A stretch of 64,000 nucleotides of DNA. Origin: Octopus vulgaris. Its lineage: Eukaryota. This document shows, one piece after another, positions 1-11,410 of the stretch. Position 1 is the first letter of the stretch, and each line of letters starts with the position of its first letter. The position numbers were made by a program, and so were the translations under genes. The stretch lies in contig OX597817.1 in NCBI GenBank assembly GCA_951406725.2, positions 41,416,001-41,480,000 of the forward strand, read 5' to 3'. Below the pieces are notes generated by a model. The model saw only the letters and a program-made list of their open reading frames with translations, was not told the DNA's origin and searched no databases.

Positions 1-1091
1 ATTTAGTTGGTAAAGCAGAACATGAGAATAAAGAAAATATGAAATTTGGTTTTAGCATTGCGAATATTTTTATTATTCTTCATTATCATTTTTTTTTTTC
101 CAGTTTTCATTTTCCTCAACAATAGAAATCTCCATGGAATTCAGTAAATATGCTAATATAGACAGAAGAAATTTCAGGTCAACATTAAAATAAATGCGTT
201 TCACAAATGGAAGCCATATATTCTATTTGAAGTTTAATTCAATATTGTCTTATCTAGAAAAGAAATGATAAAAGAAATTATAATAAACACAAGAAAGAAA
301 CAAAACAATTTTTATATTCAATTGTTAAAAGCCTGACTAGTACTGTTCACTATCTTTTGTGTACCTCTTCCCAGTAAGGAACAACAGAGATGAAGAGATA
401 CTTTAAGTATTCTAGCTTGTTTCTCTCATATAAAATATTATATATCATATCTAGACTTTTTAAAACTGTTTAACTTATTCAATTTAGACGAAGTAGTTGA
501 AATTTTAAAGTCAGTGTTGGTGAGGGGTGATGGTAATGAAAACCACTAGTACTGCTGCCTTCACTTACATTACCAAGAATATGCTAATACAATTTCTTCC
601 TTTTCTTCCTGCTAAAATATAGCTATGTAAATCAGGCTTCTCTCAGAAAGAACATACATTTCTCTTTAATAGCAAAAGTATGGTACTCAAGGATCTAATG
701 ATTTCAATGAGTGATAAATTCTCAATGATTAAGATGTGCAATTAATTAAAATTGATAAATCAATGACATATTAAAGATAATCTCTCCATCTCTCTTTCAA
801 AGTTTTAAGTTGGTGTTCCCCCTAGATATATTTCTAATTAAGTCAAAATAATTAACATATATTTCATGACTGTTACCTTATCTATCTATCACTCACTGTG
901 CGTGTGTGAATGAGAGAGAGAAAGGCAGAGATTAGAAAAAGCTAGTAGATATTTAGCTTCTAAAGAAGAAAGGCTACTATCAAAAATAAAAAAAAGTGTT
1001 AGCAAAATCACACAACAAAACCTGTACTTTATCTACAAACTGTTTTTTTTTTAAAAAAAACATTAACTCGAACATAACTCTGAGCCCTAGT

Positions 1092-1118
1092 CACTAACTT
1101 CTACTTTTTCTCTTTCAG
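1092..1118 (+). promoter_or_regulatory. 3' splice acceptor (branch point + polypyrimidine tract + CAG) opening the coding exon of the 722-aa gene
   Basis: CACTAAC (1092-1098), then TTCTACTTTTTCTCTTT and CAG (1116-1118), 154 nt upstream of the ATG. This implies an upstream non-coding exon. Confidence 0.65.
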
Positions 1119-1272
1119 AATCGACATTTAACGATAGAGGAAGCACAGATGAAGAAAAAGAAAAAACAAGACCAAGAAAACAAAAACAATATAATAGTGC
1201 CTCAGAAAAAATGTGCTTCAATAAATAAAAGGAAGAAATTAATTTGAAAAAATTGACAAATAAAACGAAAGA

Positions 1273-3441
1273 ATGTCAAGAATGGATTACAAAGTATTTT
1301 CCAAACACTTTCCATGCTGGATTAATATTTTACTATTGTGTTATAATACACTATGTTCAGCTGTACATTATCAAGAAACGACAACGGCAATGAACTCCAA
1401 ATCGTTGTCAGTGCAATATAACAAAATTCCAATTACGACAGAAGGCTTTCCAAATAGAATCAAGAATGTTCAACTTTTCAGGGTAATGGAAACAGCAAGT
1501 TATCATTTACCAGCACTTAAAGATAAACAGCTGGCACTTAATGACCTCCCAAATTTGATAGCTGCAAGCACAGAAACACCTTTACATTCTAAAAAATACC
1601 ATCAGCAGAACAACAACAACAACTATCAGTGGGCTTATAGTAAACATAAAGAACGGAAGAATTATAGTCCACATCTAAATCTGTCACTTCGAGACATGAA
1701 GACTAAACAAGATTCGAGATTTTCTAGCAAGTGGCGCCAGATAAGTGCTCTTGGAATACATTCTAGTTCTGTAAAAACTCCAGAGTTGAGTAAGGTTTCA
1801 CCTGAAAATGTTATGGTTTCAGGCCAGCCGCCACTTAAGAGCTCATCTTTTGATCAACAGAACCCAGTGACTAGTCAGGATAATTTCAATGAAAAAAGAA
1901 AGCATCCAGTTCTAACATCTTTGCACTCAGTTACGACAACAAACAAAATGTCTATAGCTGATAATACGATACAATCATCAACATTGCAACAGACAGTTTC
2001 AGATGCTATGTTGAAAACAGATCCACAACATAAACCTGATAGAGTAATACTTCTGTTAACACCTACACCTGTACTAAGTACCTTGACAACACTTATTAAT
2101 GAAACTCAGTTTGAAAACTATTCAACAACTGAGGAGATGCCTCTCAAAGAGGCAAATTCCAGTGATATCCCAGAATATTTAGCTCAGCCACCGTTCCTTT
2201 TAAATGTAAATGACAAAAGCAGTTTGAAAGGTTCTCAAACTAAAGAAAGATCCCTGTCAACAAGTGAAGATTTTGATCCAAACTTACCCCCACTTGCACA
2301 ACCAGCACCAAGCACCCATACACGGTATGGGTCATCGAGAAGAAAATATGATAGTAAAAACTTACCCTATACAAACCCACCTAAATATGGTACACAACGA
2401 CCACCAAGGAATATATTATCCTTAGATGTTCATTCCCATCATCATCAAAAGGGAATAAAACCTACTCTGATGCCTTCAAGAAGTGGTCTGCTTCATCTAA
2501 CAGAAGATTCAGAAACCACCAAAAGCCATAAACCCTTAGTTACAAACAAAATCAAAGAGTTTACTAAAAAGGGTTTAAATGGGAAAATGTTGGCTGCAGT
2601 GACAACAGAATTTTTGAGACCCTCAGAAATGATACCAGATATACTTATTGTGCCAACCAATTCCCAACACACACACCCAACACCAACTAAACATGGATTT
2701 CTCAAACCTGTTCTTTCTACTCCAACTTCAGCAACTGCAGCATTATCTTTAAAAACAAAAAATAAGCATCTTATTCTAAGTGCCACTGCAACTTTGGACC
2801 CTTCTAAAATGACACATCTGTGCACAAAACCTTGTTCTGATGATGCCAACTGCAAATGTTGCTCAGATGAGGAGTTGGTTTCAGTTGAATCAACAGAGCA
2901 AGTAATCCCTAAAGAACCAACAGACAATGTTACACCACAAACTGATGTGTCGACCCAAAAAAACCCTTCCAAAACGTTGACACTCAGTGCTGGTTTTGGT
3001 ATTGGAATGGGCTGTTTAATTGCCATCTGGCTAATTGTTGGCCCAGTAGTGTGTCTTATCTGTCATATAAAAGACAAAGCAAAGAAAGAACAACAGATTG
3101 AAAACAAGTATAAATCAGTCTCACCAATGCAAGAGAACAGTATTGCTGAAGCTCTTGTCATGGATGAGCTGAACAAACAGTTTTCAAAGATGAAAACCAA
3201 TAGGGAAAGTGAATATTTGTGGCTTGCCAGAGACAAGTTAGAGTTAGTTAGCCTTTCAAATGCAGATTCTTCAACACAAACAACAAACCAATATTTAACA
3301 TCTCCCACATACACATCTGCTTTGTCATATAATTCTAAGAAATGGTTGGATAGTGATGATGATGATGATTATGATGATGATGATGATAGTGAAGATGAAA
3401 AGAAAGATAAGCTTAAATATGTACCAACAGTTAGTGTCTGA
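1273..3441 (+). CDS. Single-exon CDS for a 722-aa predicted type I transmembrane mucin-like (S/T/P-rich) protein of unknown family, antisense to and apparently nested in a KIF13 intron
   Basis: 2169-nt uninterrupted ORF in AT-rich DNA with an in-frame TAA at 1261 upstream of the ATG. N-terminal hydrophobic stretch (WINILLLCYNTLCSA) is signal-peptide-like. Then a long S/T/P/Q-rich region with N-x-S/T sites, a Cys cluster CTKPCSDDANCKCC (~2821-2862), one TM helix LSAGFGIGMGCLIAIWLIVGPVVCLIC (~2983-3063) followed by basic HIKDKAKK, an acidic tail and C-terminal VSV. Confidence 0.85.
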   Translation: MSRMDYKVFSKHFPCWINILLLCYNTLCSAVHYQETTTAMNSKSLSVQYNKIPITTEGFPNRIKNVQLFRVMETASYHLPALKDKQLALNDLPNLIAASTETPLHSKKYHQQNNNNNYQWAYSKHKERKNYSPHLNLSLRDMKTKQDSRFSSKWRQISALGIHSSSVKTPELSKVSPENVMVSGQPPLKSSSFDQQNPVTSQDNFNEKRKHPVLTSLHSVTTTNKMSIADNTIQSSTLQQTVSDAMLKTDPQHKPDRVILLLTPTPVLSTLTTLINETQFENYSTTEEMPLKEANSSDIPEYLAQPPFLLNVNDKSSLKGSQTKERSLSTSEDFDPNLPPLAQPAPSTHTRYGSSRRKYDSKNLPYTNPPKYGTQRPPRNILSLDVHSHHHQKGIKPTLMPSRSGLLHLTEDSETTKSHKPLVTNKIKEFTKKGLNGKMLAAVTTEFLRPSEMIPDILIVPTNSQHTHPTPTKHGFLKPVLSTPTSATAALSLKTKNKHLILSATATLDPSKMTHLCTKPCSDDANCKCCSDEELVSVESTEQVIPKEPTDNVTPQTDVSTQKNPSKTLTLSAGFGIGMGCLIAIWLIVGPVVCLICHIKDKAKKEQQIENKYKSVSPMQENSIAEALVMDELNKQFSKMKTNRESEYLWLARDKLELVSLSNADSSTQTTNQYLTSPTYTSALSYNSKKWLDSDDDDDYDDDDDSEDEKKDKLKYVPTVSV

Positions 3442-5385
3442 ATAAAAAATATTAATAAAATATCTACCAGCAAAGAAAATGTCCCCCACCCCCATCTCTA
3501 ATCTTTATTTTCTTTCTTTTTTTTTTCCATGGGAAAAATCAATCATAGTTGTTTGTAGACTGCAGACAAATAAATGATTATTCAAAAATAATATACACAG
3601 GAGGAGACAAACAACTGATATGAAGAATAAATTTTGTTTCAAAGAAACCAATAACTGATAGGAAAACAACAAGTAGAAGAATTTTTAAGATTACTAAGAA
3701 TTTCATCAAAAATCGGGGGAAATCTGAGAACAGTTGCAAAAATGGGTTTAGTTTTAATCATTCTAAGCAGCAGGTATCAATTTTGCTAAAGAACACTTAT
3801 AGAGCACAGAGAATGAATCTAAATGGAAGAGAACAAAGACATCAAGAGACTATGCAATTGTTGGAGAAGAAGAGAATTACTTGGAAGTTCTTCCATTTGA
3901 ACTCACTCTCTCTGAGAATGACAGTTAAAATTATGTAATGTTAAAAATAAATAAAACAAAAGAAATAAAAGAGTCAGTAAGGTTTAGCCTGTATGTTAAA
4001 AAAAAAAAAATGTTTGTTTTAATTCCAAACATATTTATTTTATCTACATACATATACTTACATCTACTGAGTTATATTCAAATATTGTTACAAACACACA
4101 CACACCTACTGTGTCAATATAAAAAAAAAACAAGCAAAAAAATAATCCAAGTGTATACACATTCCTGTACTACCTGTGTGTGTATAAAATCATTTACACA
4201 CACTAGTGCTATCTGCATTGTGTATAAAATACAGTATATGCTAACACACATATCATTTATGTGTACAAATATACATATGTACATTTACACACTGCTTTAC
4301 CTGATGTGTGTATTCACAGACACACACACACACCTCTCTATATCCACACACACATACACAACAATACAACACACCTTACACAATGCTGGCATTTAATTCT
4401 ATGAAATTGTGTTCAAAAAATGAAATTAAAAAGCAAAAAAAAAAAATCATCAAAACCTCCAAAAACCCCGCCAAAAATGTGTTGTGCCAATACAAAAGAG
4501 AAATACAATTATATTTGTATGACAGAGGTTCAAATTACTTCCATAGCACAACTGTTCCCACATGAAATTGTTGCTAATCGCAGAGACATAGTAGCAGTAG
4601 TGAAAGACTGAAGGTGATGAGCAGTGTGAAATCAAGAATTCTAGCAGAGTTGGTAACAGACACCTACCAACTCTAACTACTACGAATATCTAATCAACAA
4701 AGAAATTTGAATATACATGCAATTCAATATGTCACAAAGCGTATTGATTATTATTTTATTTTTTTCCGGAAGACCACAAATTTCAGGATGTGATCCTGCA
4801 TATATTTATACCATACTCATACTGATCTTTCAAAAAAAAAAATACAAAAAAAAAAAACCAAACCAAAACAAAACAAAAAAAAAAAACCAACAACAGTAAC
4901 AAAAAAAAAACCACAACGATGTTAGCAAGTAATTATGAACTGGCTTTACAAGTGTTGTACACTTAAAGTACTTACAGAGGAAAAAAAAAATTAAGTATTA
5001 TGTGAATTAATAATAACGTTAATGAAAACAAAAAAAAGCAAACAAAAAAGCAGCCAAAAAAAGAAAAAAGAAAAAGTTCTATTTGCACATACGTACATAG
5101 ACAGACACATGTGTACACAAGCATACATGAAAGCACAAATTATTATTGTTACACTAGACGTTAATTCAGTCATCGAGTAGAAGAGGATTATTTAAGTGTT
5201 ATGAACTTTTTTGATTTTTTTTTTTTTTTTTGAAAGGGGAATTTTTCCGGTTGAGAAAATGGAAGAGAAGTTTAGAGTGAATGATGAGAGAGGTGTAAAG
5301 AGTGAAACAGAATGGCAGATTCTCTGACAAATATTAGAACAAGGTTTAAAACTTTCATAATTTATTTTCTTTTGTAATATTTAAT

Positions 5386-5391
5386 AATAAA
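5386..5391 (+). terminator. Candidate distal polyadenylation signal of the 722-aa gene (a proximal AATAAA also overlaps the stop at 3441-3446)
   Basis: AATAAA followed by T/GT-rich sequence at the end of a ~2-kb A-rich, transposon-free stretch. Interspersed repeats begin shortly after. Confidence 0.35.
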
Positions 5392-5464
5392 CATTTTATT
5401 GTTAAAAGATTTCCTTTATGTTACGGGTCTTTCATTTGTTTCACACATCAGGCTTTTCAAAAGC

Positions 5465-5496
<32 letters not shown>

Positions 5497-6224
5497 TATA
5501 TATACGCACACACACACATATGTGTATATACATATGTATATGCAATAATCTAATAAATATTTCAGTCACGATTTATAGCAATCTTATTGAAAGAGATAAA
5601 TAAAATAACTGAATATTGTATTAAAACACCAGGTGTATTAGAACAGAAAAATGCATTGGCATAGCAAGAGTGTGTATTGCCCAAGGTAGTCTCTGGGTTT
5701 ACCCCTACATCTCTGCCCACCCCCTAACCCCAAGCCTGTACAGTAGACTTCAAAGTACCTCTCTTTCTTCACTTGCTATATTACTGAAAAAATGCCCACA
5801 AGAAAGTTAGTAAGATGAGTTGTTTTTGTTTTTAATTTATCAGTTTGATTTGATTTGGAACAAGGGGCCCTACACATGGTGAAACGGCTAAAATAGATAC
5901 TGTTGATGTTCTGTTTCAATTTTTGCTGGTTGATAACTGCAGACAAGACAGAAAAGTGGGGGGAATGAAAAGGGCTAACCCTAACTGAAGTGGTTAGTGG
6001 GATCTGTGAAATTCCACCCAATATGGGTAATGAGATTAAAAGTGATAGGTGCTTTGAGAGTTCTTGAGCAGAGGTGGCATGAGGCTAACAACCCAGAGTA
6101 AGAGAGGGCATTGTAATAGTGCTAGAAAAAACAGCAGAGATGGGAGGCAACATGTCTGTGGGAGACTTTGAGCTAATCAGCTGAGTAGCCTTTCTCTGGA
6201 TGGGGGTCTTAAAATGGCTCTCTG

Positions 6225-6540
6225 TCTGTTATGAAGACAAGAGTTCCAGTTGATCTGATCAATGGAACAACCAACTCAAGAAATTAACATGCAGGTAGCT
6301 GCACTCTACAGACACATGTACCCTTAATGTAGTTCTCAGGGAGACTCAGTATGGCACAGAGTGCGACAATGCCAGCCCTTCGAAAAATATAGGTACTAAT
6401 CATTTTTTCCAACTGAGTGGACTGGAGCAATGTGAAACTAAGAGTCTTGCTCAAGGATACAATATGCTGCTGGGTATTGAACCCACAACCTTACAATCAT
6501 GAGCCAAAATACCGTAACCATTAATCCGTGCACCTTCACA
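6225..6540 (-). mobile_element. tRNA-derived CORE-like SINE (tail variant shared with 30662-31138 and 49870-50150)
   Basis: Reverse tRNA head at ~6470-6538, CTTGCTCAAGGA core and shared tail ACAGACACATGTACCCTTAA. Confidence 0.75.
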
Positions 6541-6846
6541 ACATGCTACAATAGTGGCAAGCCGACAGAAAGACACTGATGATCCAAGAGATGAATGGAG
6601 GATAGAGTCAACAGGTGGGTGGGTTCCACAGTGGATTTACACCTGACAAAGCTGAAAGCACAGGTGACATTGAGAGCAACAACACTGTTACACTAAACTT
6701 GAAGGCAAGGGACCACAGGGTAATGGTGCAGGGGAGTAGGTCCTCAGCAAACCTTGGTATACAGAAGCTGTACTAGGGTCTTGATGGCCAACTCCAATAA
6801 CTTTGGTTTATTGGAATACAGAGATTTTCCTAGGAATACACATGTA

Positions 6847-6885
<39 letters not shown>

Positions 6886-7026
6886 GTTAGAGTGGGGAGT
6901 TTAAGACTTTTGTGTGTTTAAGGGTGATTTCTGGGTTGCATTATTTGAGGTTAATAGAAAGGACATTGTCAGGTATGGTAGCCTTTTTAGTTTGAAGTGA
7001 ATGGAAGTGCTTCTATACTTGGTGTG

Positions 7027-7256
7027 GGCGGCAAGCTGGCAGAAATATTAGCACACTAGCGAAATGCTTAGCGGTATTTCGTCTGCCATTACGTTCTGAG
7101 TTCAAATTCCGCCGAGGTCGACTTTGCCTTTCATTCTTTCAGGGTCGATAAATTAAGTACCAGTTACGCAATGAGGTTGATGTAATCGACTTAATCCCTT
7201 TGTCTGTCCTTGTTTGTCCCTTCTATGTTTAGCCCCTTGTGGGCAATAAAGAAATA
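7027..7256 (+). mobile_element. tRNA-derived SINE family A (Nin/Deu-like central domain)
   Basis: Head GGCGGCAAGCTGGCAGAA, B-box GAGTTCAAATTCC, core GACTTTGCCTTTCATTCTTTCAGGGTCGATAAATTAAGTACCAG. More than 12 copies in this window. Confidence 0.85.
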
Positions 7257-7421
7257 TTTTGAACGTTTATTACTGAATGTGTTGGAGCTGACTACCAAAT
7301 GGGCAGCAAATGTGCAGACTGTATCTGCAAGAATATTGTTCCTAGAACCAACACATTTAGAAGAAATCAAATGAAATAAGGATTTGAGGAATAAAGTGAG
7401 AATCCTTTTGGTAAAAAGTCA

Positions 7422-7573
7422 GCAGGTGAGGGTGCGGCTGTAGGGTAAGAAGTTTGGTTCCTAACCACTTGGTTCTGGCTCCACTGAGTGATACCTAGTG
7501 CAAGTATCTTCAACTATAGCCTTGGGCTGACCAAAGCCTTGAGTGGATTTGGTAGACGGAAACTGAAAGAGGC

Positions 7574-7627
<54 letters not shown>

Positions 7628-7666
7628 TATACATACATATATATATATTCATATAAATACATACAT

Positions 7667-7697
<31 letters not shown>

Positions 7698-7870
7698 ACA
7701 CACACACACAGACATGTATACATATATATATACATACATACATATACACATACATACATATACACAAACATATATATACATATGCATATATACATACATA
7801 TACATCCATCCATACATATATACATACATAAATACATATATATACATACATATACATACATAAATACATG

Positions 7871-7928
<58 letters not shown>

Positions 7929-7947
7929 TATACATACACACACACAC

Positions 7948-8001
<54 letters not shown>

Positions 8002-8180
8002 CTATGTGTGTAAGTCTTTGTGTCTGTGTCTGTCTCCCACCACAGCTTGATAACCAGTGGTGGTGTGTTTACATCCATGTAAGGAAGCAGTTCAGCAAGA
8101 GAGATCGACAGAATAAGTACCAGGCTCAAAAAAGACATAAGTACTTGAGTTGATTTATTCAACTAAAATTCTTCAAGGCA
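7422..8180 (+). mobile_element. SINE family C with an internal ~430-bp (TA)/(CA) microsatellite
   Basis: tRNA-like head and AAAGCCTTGAGTGGATTTGGTAGACGGAAACTGAAAGA before the microsatellite; TGTCTCCCACCACAGCTTGATAACC...AATAAGTAC after it. Other copies at ~17345-17745 (-), ~53070-53620 (-), ~57965-58132 (-), ~62005-62162 (+), ~62368-62570 (-), ~62790-63052 (-) and ~63853-64000 (-). Confidence 0.85.
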
Positions 8181-8499
8181 GGTTAAAGACTGAAGCAAAC
8201 TAAAGTTTAAAGATAATGCATGAGTGAGAGCCAAGAAGAATTGTGAGCAGTGCAATCACTGATGACAATGGTTTTGGAGAGGGACGAAGAGAGATTGCTG
8301 TTCTAAATGTAAAATAAGATATGGTTGAAGAGGTGTTGATGATTTGGAGGAGTTTGGAGAATGGTAGAGGAAGCAGATGTATTACGGGGAGACTTTGAAG
8401 CTGAGTAATTGCAAGTCTTTGCTGCTGATATCCAGGAGAAAGAGATGATTCGCAGGGAGAATGAAACCATGTACTATCTTTCAGAATGTGGCCTGGACA

Positions 8500-8806
8500 G
8501 TAGAACTGAGTGATGGATAAAACTGAGCAATGGATAGAACTGAGTGATGGATAGAGCTGAGCAACAAATACACGTGACAGATAGTACTGGGCGATGGATA
8601 GAGCTGAGTGACAGATAAAGCTGAGCAATGGACAGCAGTGAGTGATGGATAGAACTGAGTGATGGATACAGCTGAGCGACAGATAGTACTGGGCGATGGA
8701 GAGAGCTGAGTGACAGGTAGAGCCGAGTGATGGCTAGAACTGAGTGACAGATAAAGCTGAGCGATGGACAGCGGTGAGTGATGGATAGAACTGAGTGAAG
8801 GATAGA
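8500..8806. repeat. Minisatellite of ~16-17-nt units (CTGAGTGATGGATAGAA-like) with higher-order periodicity
   Basis: Repeated ctgagtgatggatagaa / ctgagcaatggacag / ctgggcgatggatagag variants. Confidence 0.85.
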
Positions 8807-8818
8807 TCTCAGAGATTT

Positions 8819-9055
8819 TTTTTTTATTTCTTTACTACCCACAAGGGGCTAAACACAGAGAGTACAAACAAGGACAGACAAACGGATTAAGTTGATTATA
8901 TCGACCCCAGTGTGTAACTGGTACTTATATAATCGACCCCAAAAGGATGAAAGGCAAAGTTGTCCTTGGTGGAATTTGAACTCAGATCGTAATGGCAGAC
9001 GAAATACCGCTTAGCATTTCGCCCGGTGCGCTAACGCTTCAGCCAGCTCATCACC
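8819..9055 (-). mobile_element. SINE family A with 16-bp TSD
   Basis: Full-length reverse copy. TSD TAGATCTCAGAGATTT at 8803-8818 and 9056-9071. Confidence 0.9.
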
Positions 9056-9868
9056 TAGATCTCAGAGATTTGTGTTTCAGTTATAAATAGGATGTGGTGT
9101 TTGCATGTTAATAAAAGGTGATGTGTGATATCAAGGTTGGCTCGGAGTCCACAGATGCTAGAAAAGAAAGTGAAGAGTGAATTGTCTAATGAGGTTAGTT
9201 TTAGACATCTAGTGAAATGTGAAAGGTCATAGAGTGCTGCAAGATCATGAAAACTCCCAACAAACAAGCTTGATCCCTGCTTGCAACTGAGTAGGAACTT
9301 ATGAACGCAATCGTAATATGGTGATGTTAAACTAGGGACATAACAAGCTTTAACCCCACCCTCTAAAAATAAATAAATAAAGTTCATTTGAGGTCAACTT
9401 ATTTCTGTTTATCTCTTAATTAAAACTGCGACTTTGTATTATTATTTTTATATAGCACTTTCTATATTTAGTTAAATGTTAGTAACATTCTAGTTATTTC
9501 TTGCTTCTACAACATCCTAATTTAAACAGATTAATTAACTATTCAAACATAACATTGATAAACAAACATTACAAATATGTTCAAATAACCGAAAGTTATC
9601 GTAATTTCTCATTAAAGCAAAGGAAAATGATTAGTAATGAACCATATTCAATTAACTCTGGTTGAATTAAGAAATGCTTCACATTCTTCATTAATTTAGT
9701 AAAAACCTTGCTCACAAGATAAGACTGTTGCAGTAACATTCCAGTTATTTTTAACTAAAAATCACACGTGAAATATTTTTAACAACTGATTCTCAATCAA
9801 CAGTAAATGCTAGGACAATGCTCTTGTTTTTACATCGTAACTAATTTAAACATGGTGAGAAAATACAA

Positions 9869-9964
<96 letters not shown>

Positions 9965-9998
9965 AGACATACACACACATGTATATATATACACACGA

Positions 9999-10033
<35 letters not shown>

Positions 10034-10102
10034 AACAGACATACACACACATATACACATACACACACATATATATATACACATACACACAAACACACAC
10101 AT

Positions 10103-10136
<34 letters not shown>

Positions 10137-10145
10137 ACAAACACA
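9869..10145. repeat. Compound (TA)/(TG)/(CA) microsatellite
   Basis: Direct inspection. Internal block ATAAACAGACATACACACACAT is duplicated. Confidence 0.95.
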
Positions 10146-10752
10146 TGCATACACGCGCATGCATGCAACTTACACCCACCTACCCACGCATGCACAATGC
10201 GCACACACACCTACCCGCCTACATGCACAGATTGTTCACAGCAATACAATAACAAATTGAGCATAAAAATTTCGTTCCCAAGACAAAATCCAGAATTTAT
10301 AGAATCGGCAGAAAAGAAAAGAACAAACTGAGAGAACAGCATTTAATTACTGCAACAACAGTAAAACAAATAAACGAACAAACTCAGGGATTTTGAGACA
10401 TTATTGTAACACTATAAAATTTTTAAAATATTCCTCTTTAAGAAGACGTGTCAAAGGAAGGCTTTAACTAATTATATCGGAAAACAGTTCAAAAGAGATT
10501 GAAAGTTCTATCAGTTTTATTGATTTTAATGATTTCATTTACCAATTATAAAATTACATTTGTTTTTTCTAACACGCAAACGAGGAATAAAACTGTAGAG
10601 CAGAAACAGCCCAGCTAAAATGCAAAATGTTAATTTGCATCATTCTTCTGTTATTACTAAGTTAATTTTACTTCGGGTGTAGAGAAGGATACATACAACC
10701 TACAACAAATTTCTCATCTTCTTCCACAACAAATTTCTTGTCTTATTAATCA

Positions 10753-10784
<32 letters not shown>

Positions 10785-10785
<1 letters not shown>

Positions 10786-11002
10786 GGTGGTGAACTGGTG
10801 GAATTGTTGGAGCATTGGATAAAGTGCTTGGCGGTATTTCCTCCAGCTCTTTACATTCTGATTTCAAATCCTGCTGAGGTCAACATGGCCTTTCATCTCT
10901 TCAGGATTGTTAAAATAAAGTACCTATGAAGTACTGGAGTTAATGAAATCAACTCATCCTTTATCCCCCAAATTCCTGACCATGTGCTAAACTTTGAAAC
11001 CA
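10785..11002 (+). mobile_element. SINE family A (older subfamily) in an (ATT)n tract
   Basis: Diverged head, B-box and core. Partial copies also at ~11757-11875, ~12620-12760 (-), ~28335-28425 and ~60760-60875 (-). Confidence 0.75.
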
Positions 11003-11031
11003 TTATTATCATCATCATCATTATTATTATT

Positions 11032-11386
11032 ATTGCCTCTGCCTTAGCGAAGGTGAGGTATTGTTTGCGTCGTGTTTGTTTGTTTGTCCATGGACAAGAT
11101 ATCTCAAGAACTGCTGGATGGATTCAGATGAAACTTTCAGGGATGTTTGGCCTCGTGACTGGCACGAACTGATTAGATTTTGGGATTGATCCAGTACTGG
11201 ACAAGGATTCTGGATTATTTTTCCTATCTTTTTTACTTAATTTTTGAGAGGGGCTGAGTTCATTTTTAGTATTCTCATTTGTGAGAGCAGTCGAGTTTAT
11301 TTCAGTTATTCTCATTTTAAAAATCATCTCTGGCTAATCATTGAGAGGACATTGCTTTGGTGGAGGTTTGCGCTCTCTGATTTCTA
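11032..11386 (+). mobile_element. Helentron-associated non-autonomous element (HINE/DINE-1-like)
   Basis: 5' subTIR GCCTCTGCC with a nearby inverted copy GGTGAGGT, a (GTTT)n tract, 3' subTIR GGTGGAGGT followed by the hairpin remnant GCGCTCTCTGA. Inserted in T-rich (ATT)n. Confidence 0.7.
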
Positions 11387-11410
11387 TTGTTATTATTATT
11401 ATTATTGTGA

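Larger units (their letters stand above)
8200..9200 (-). mobile_element. Decayed LINE AP-endonuclease fragment interrupted by a SINE and a minisatellite
   Basis: SSICGLRANL...HHILFITETQIS (APE motifs NxxGL and LxLxET) at ~9060-9170, and YICFLYHSPNSS at ~8345-8382 in another frame. Confidence 0.65.

Noticed and set aside
2493-3314. Minus-strand ORFs (177 aa, 83 aa) overlapping the 722-aa CDS
   Set aside because: Antisense shadows of the real CDS. They have no kinesin motifs, so they are not the missing KIF13 exon.
3938-4635. ORFs downstream of the 722-aa gene
   Set aside because: Low-complexity A-rich and (CA)-rich sequence consistent with a 3' UTR; no protein-like composition.
7461-8162. 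Long YI/CV/HT-rich ORFs (also 9830-10260, 18653-19874, 35341-35961, 37156-37519)
   Set aside because: Translations of (TA)n/(CA)n microsatellites, which lack stop codons.
8500-8806. Regularly spaced repeats as a CRISPR array (also 39372-39570 and 42315-42405)
   Set aside because: No unique spacers, degenerate tandem units, eukaryotic context and no cas genes.
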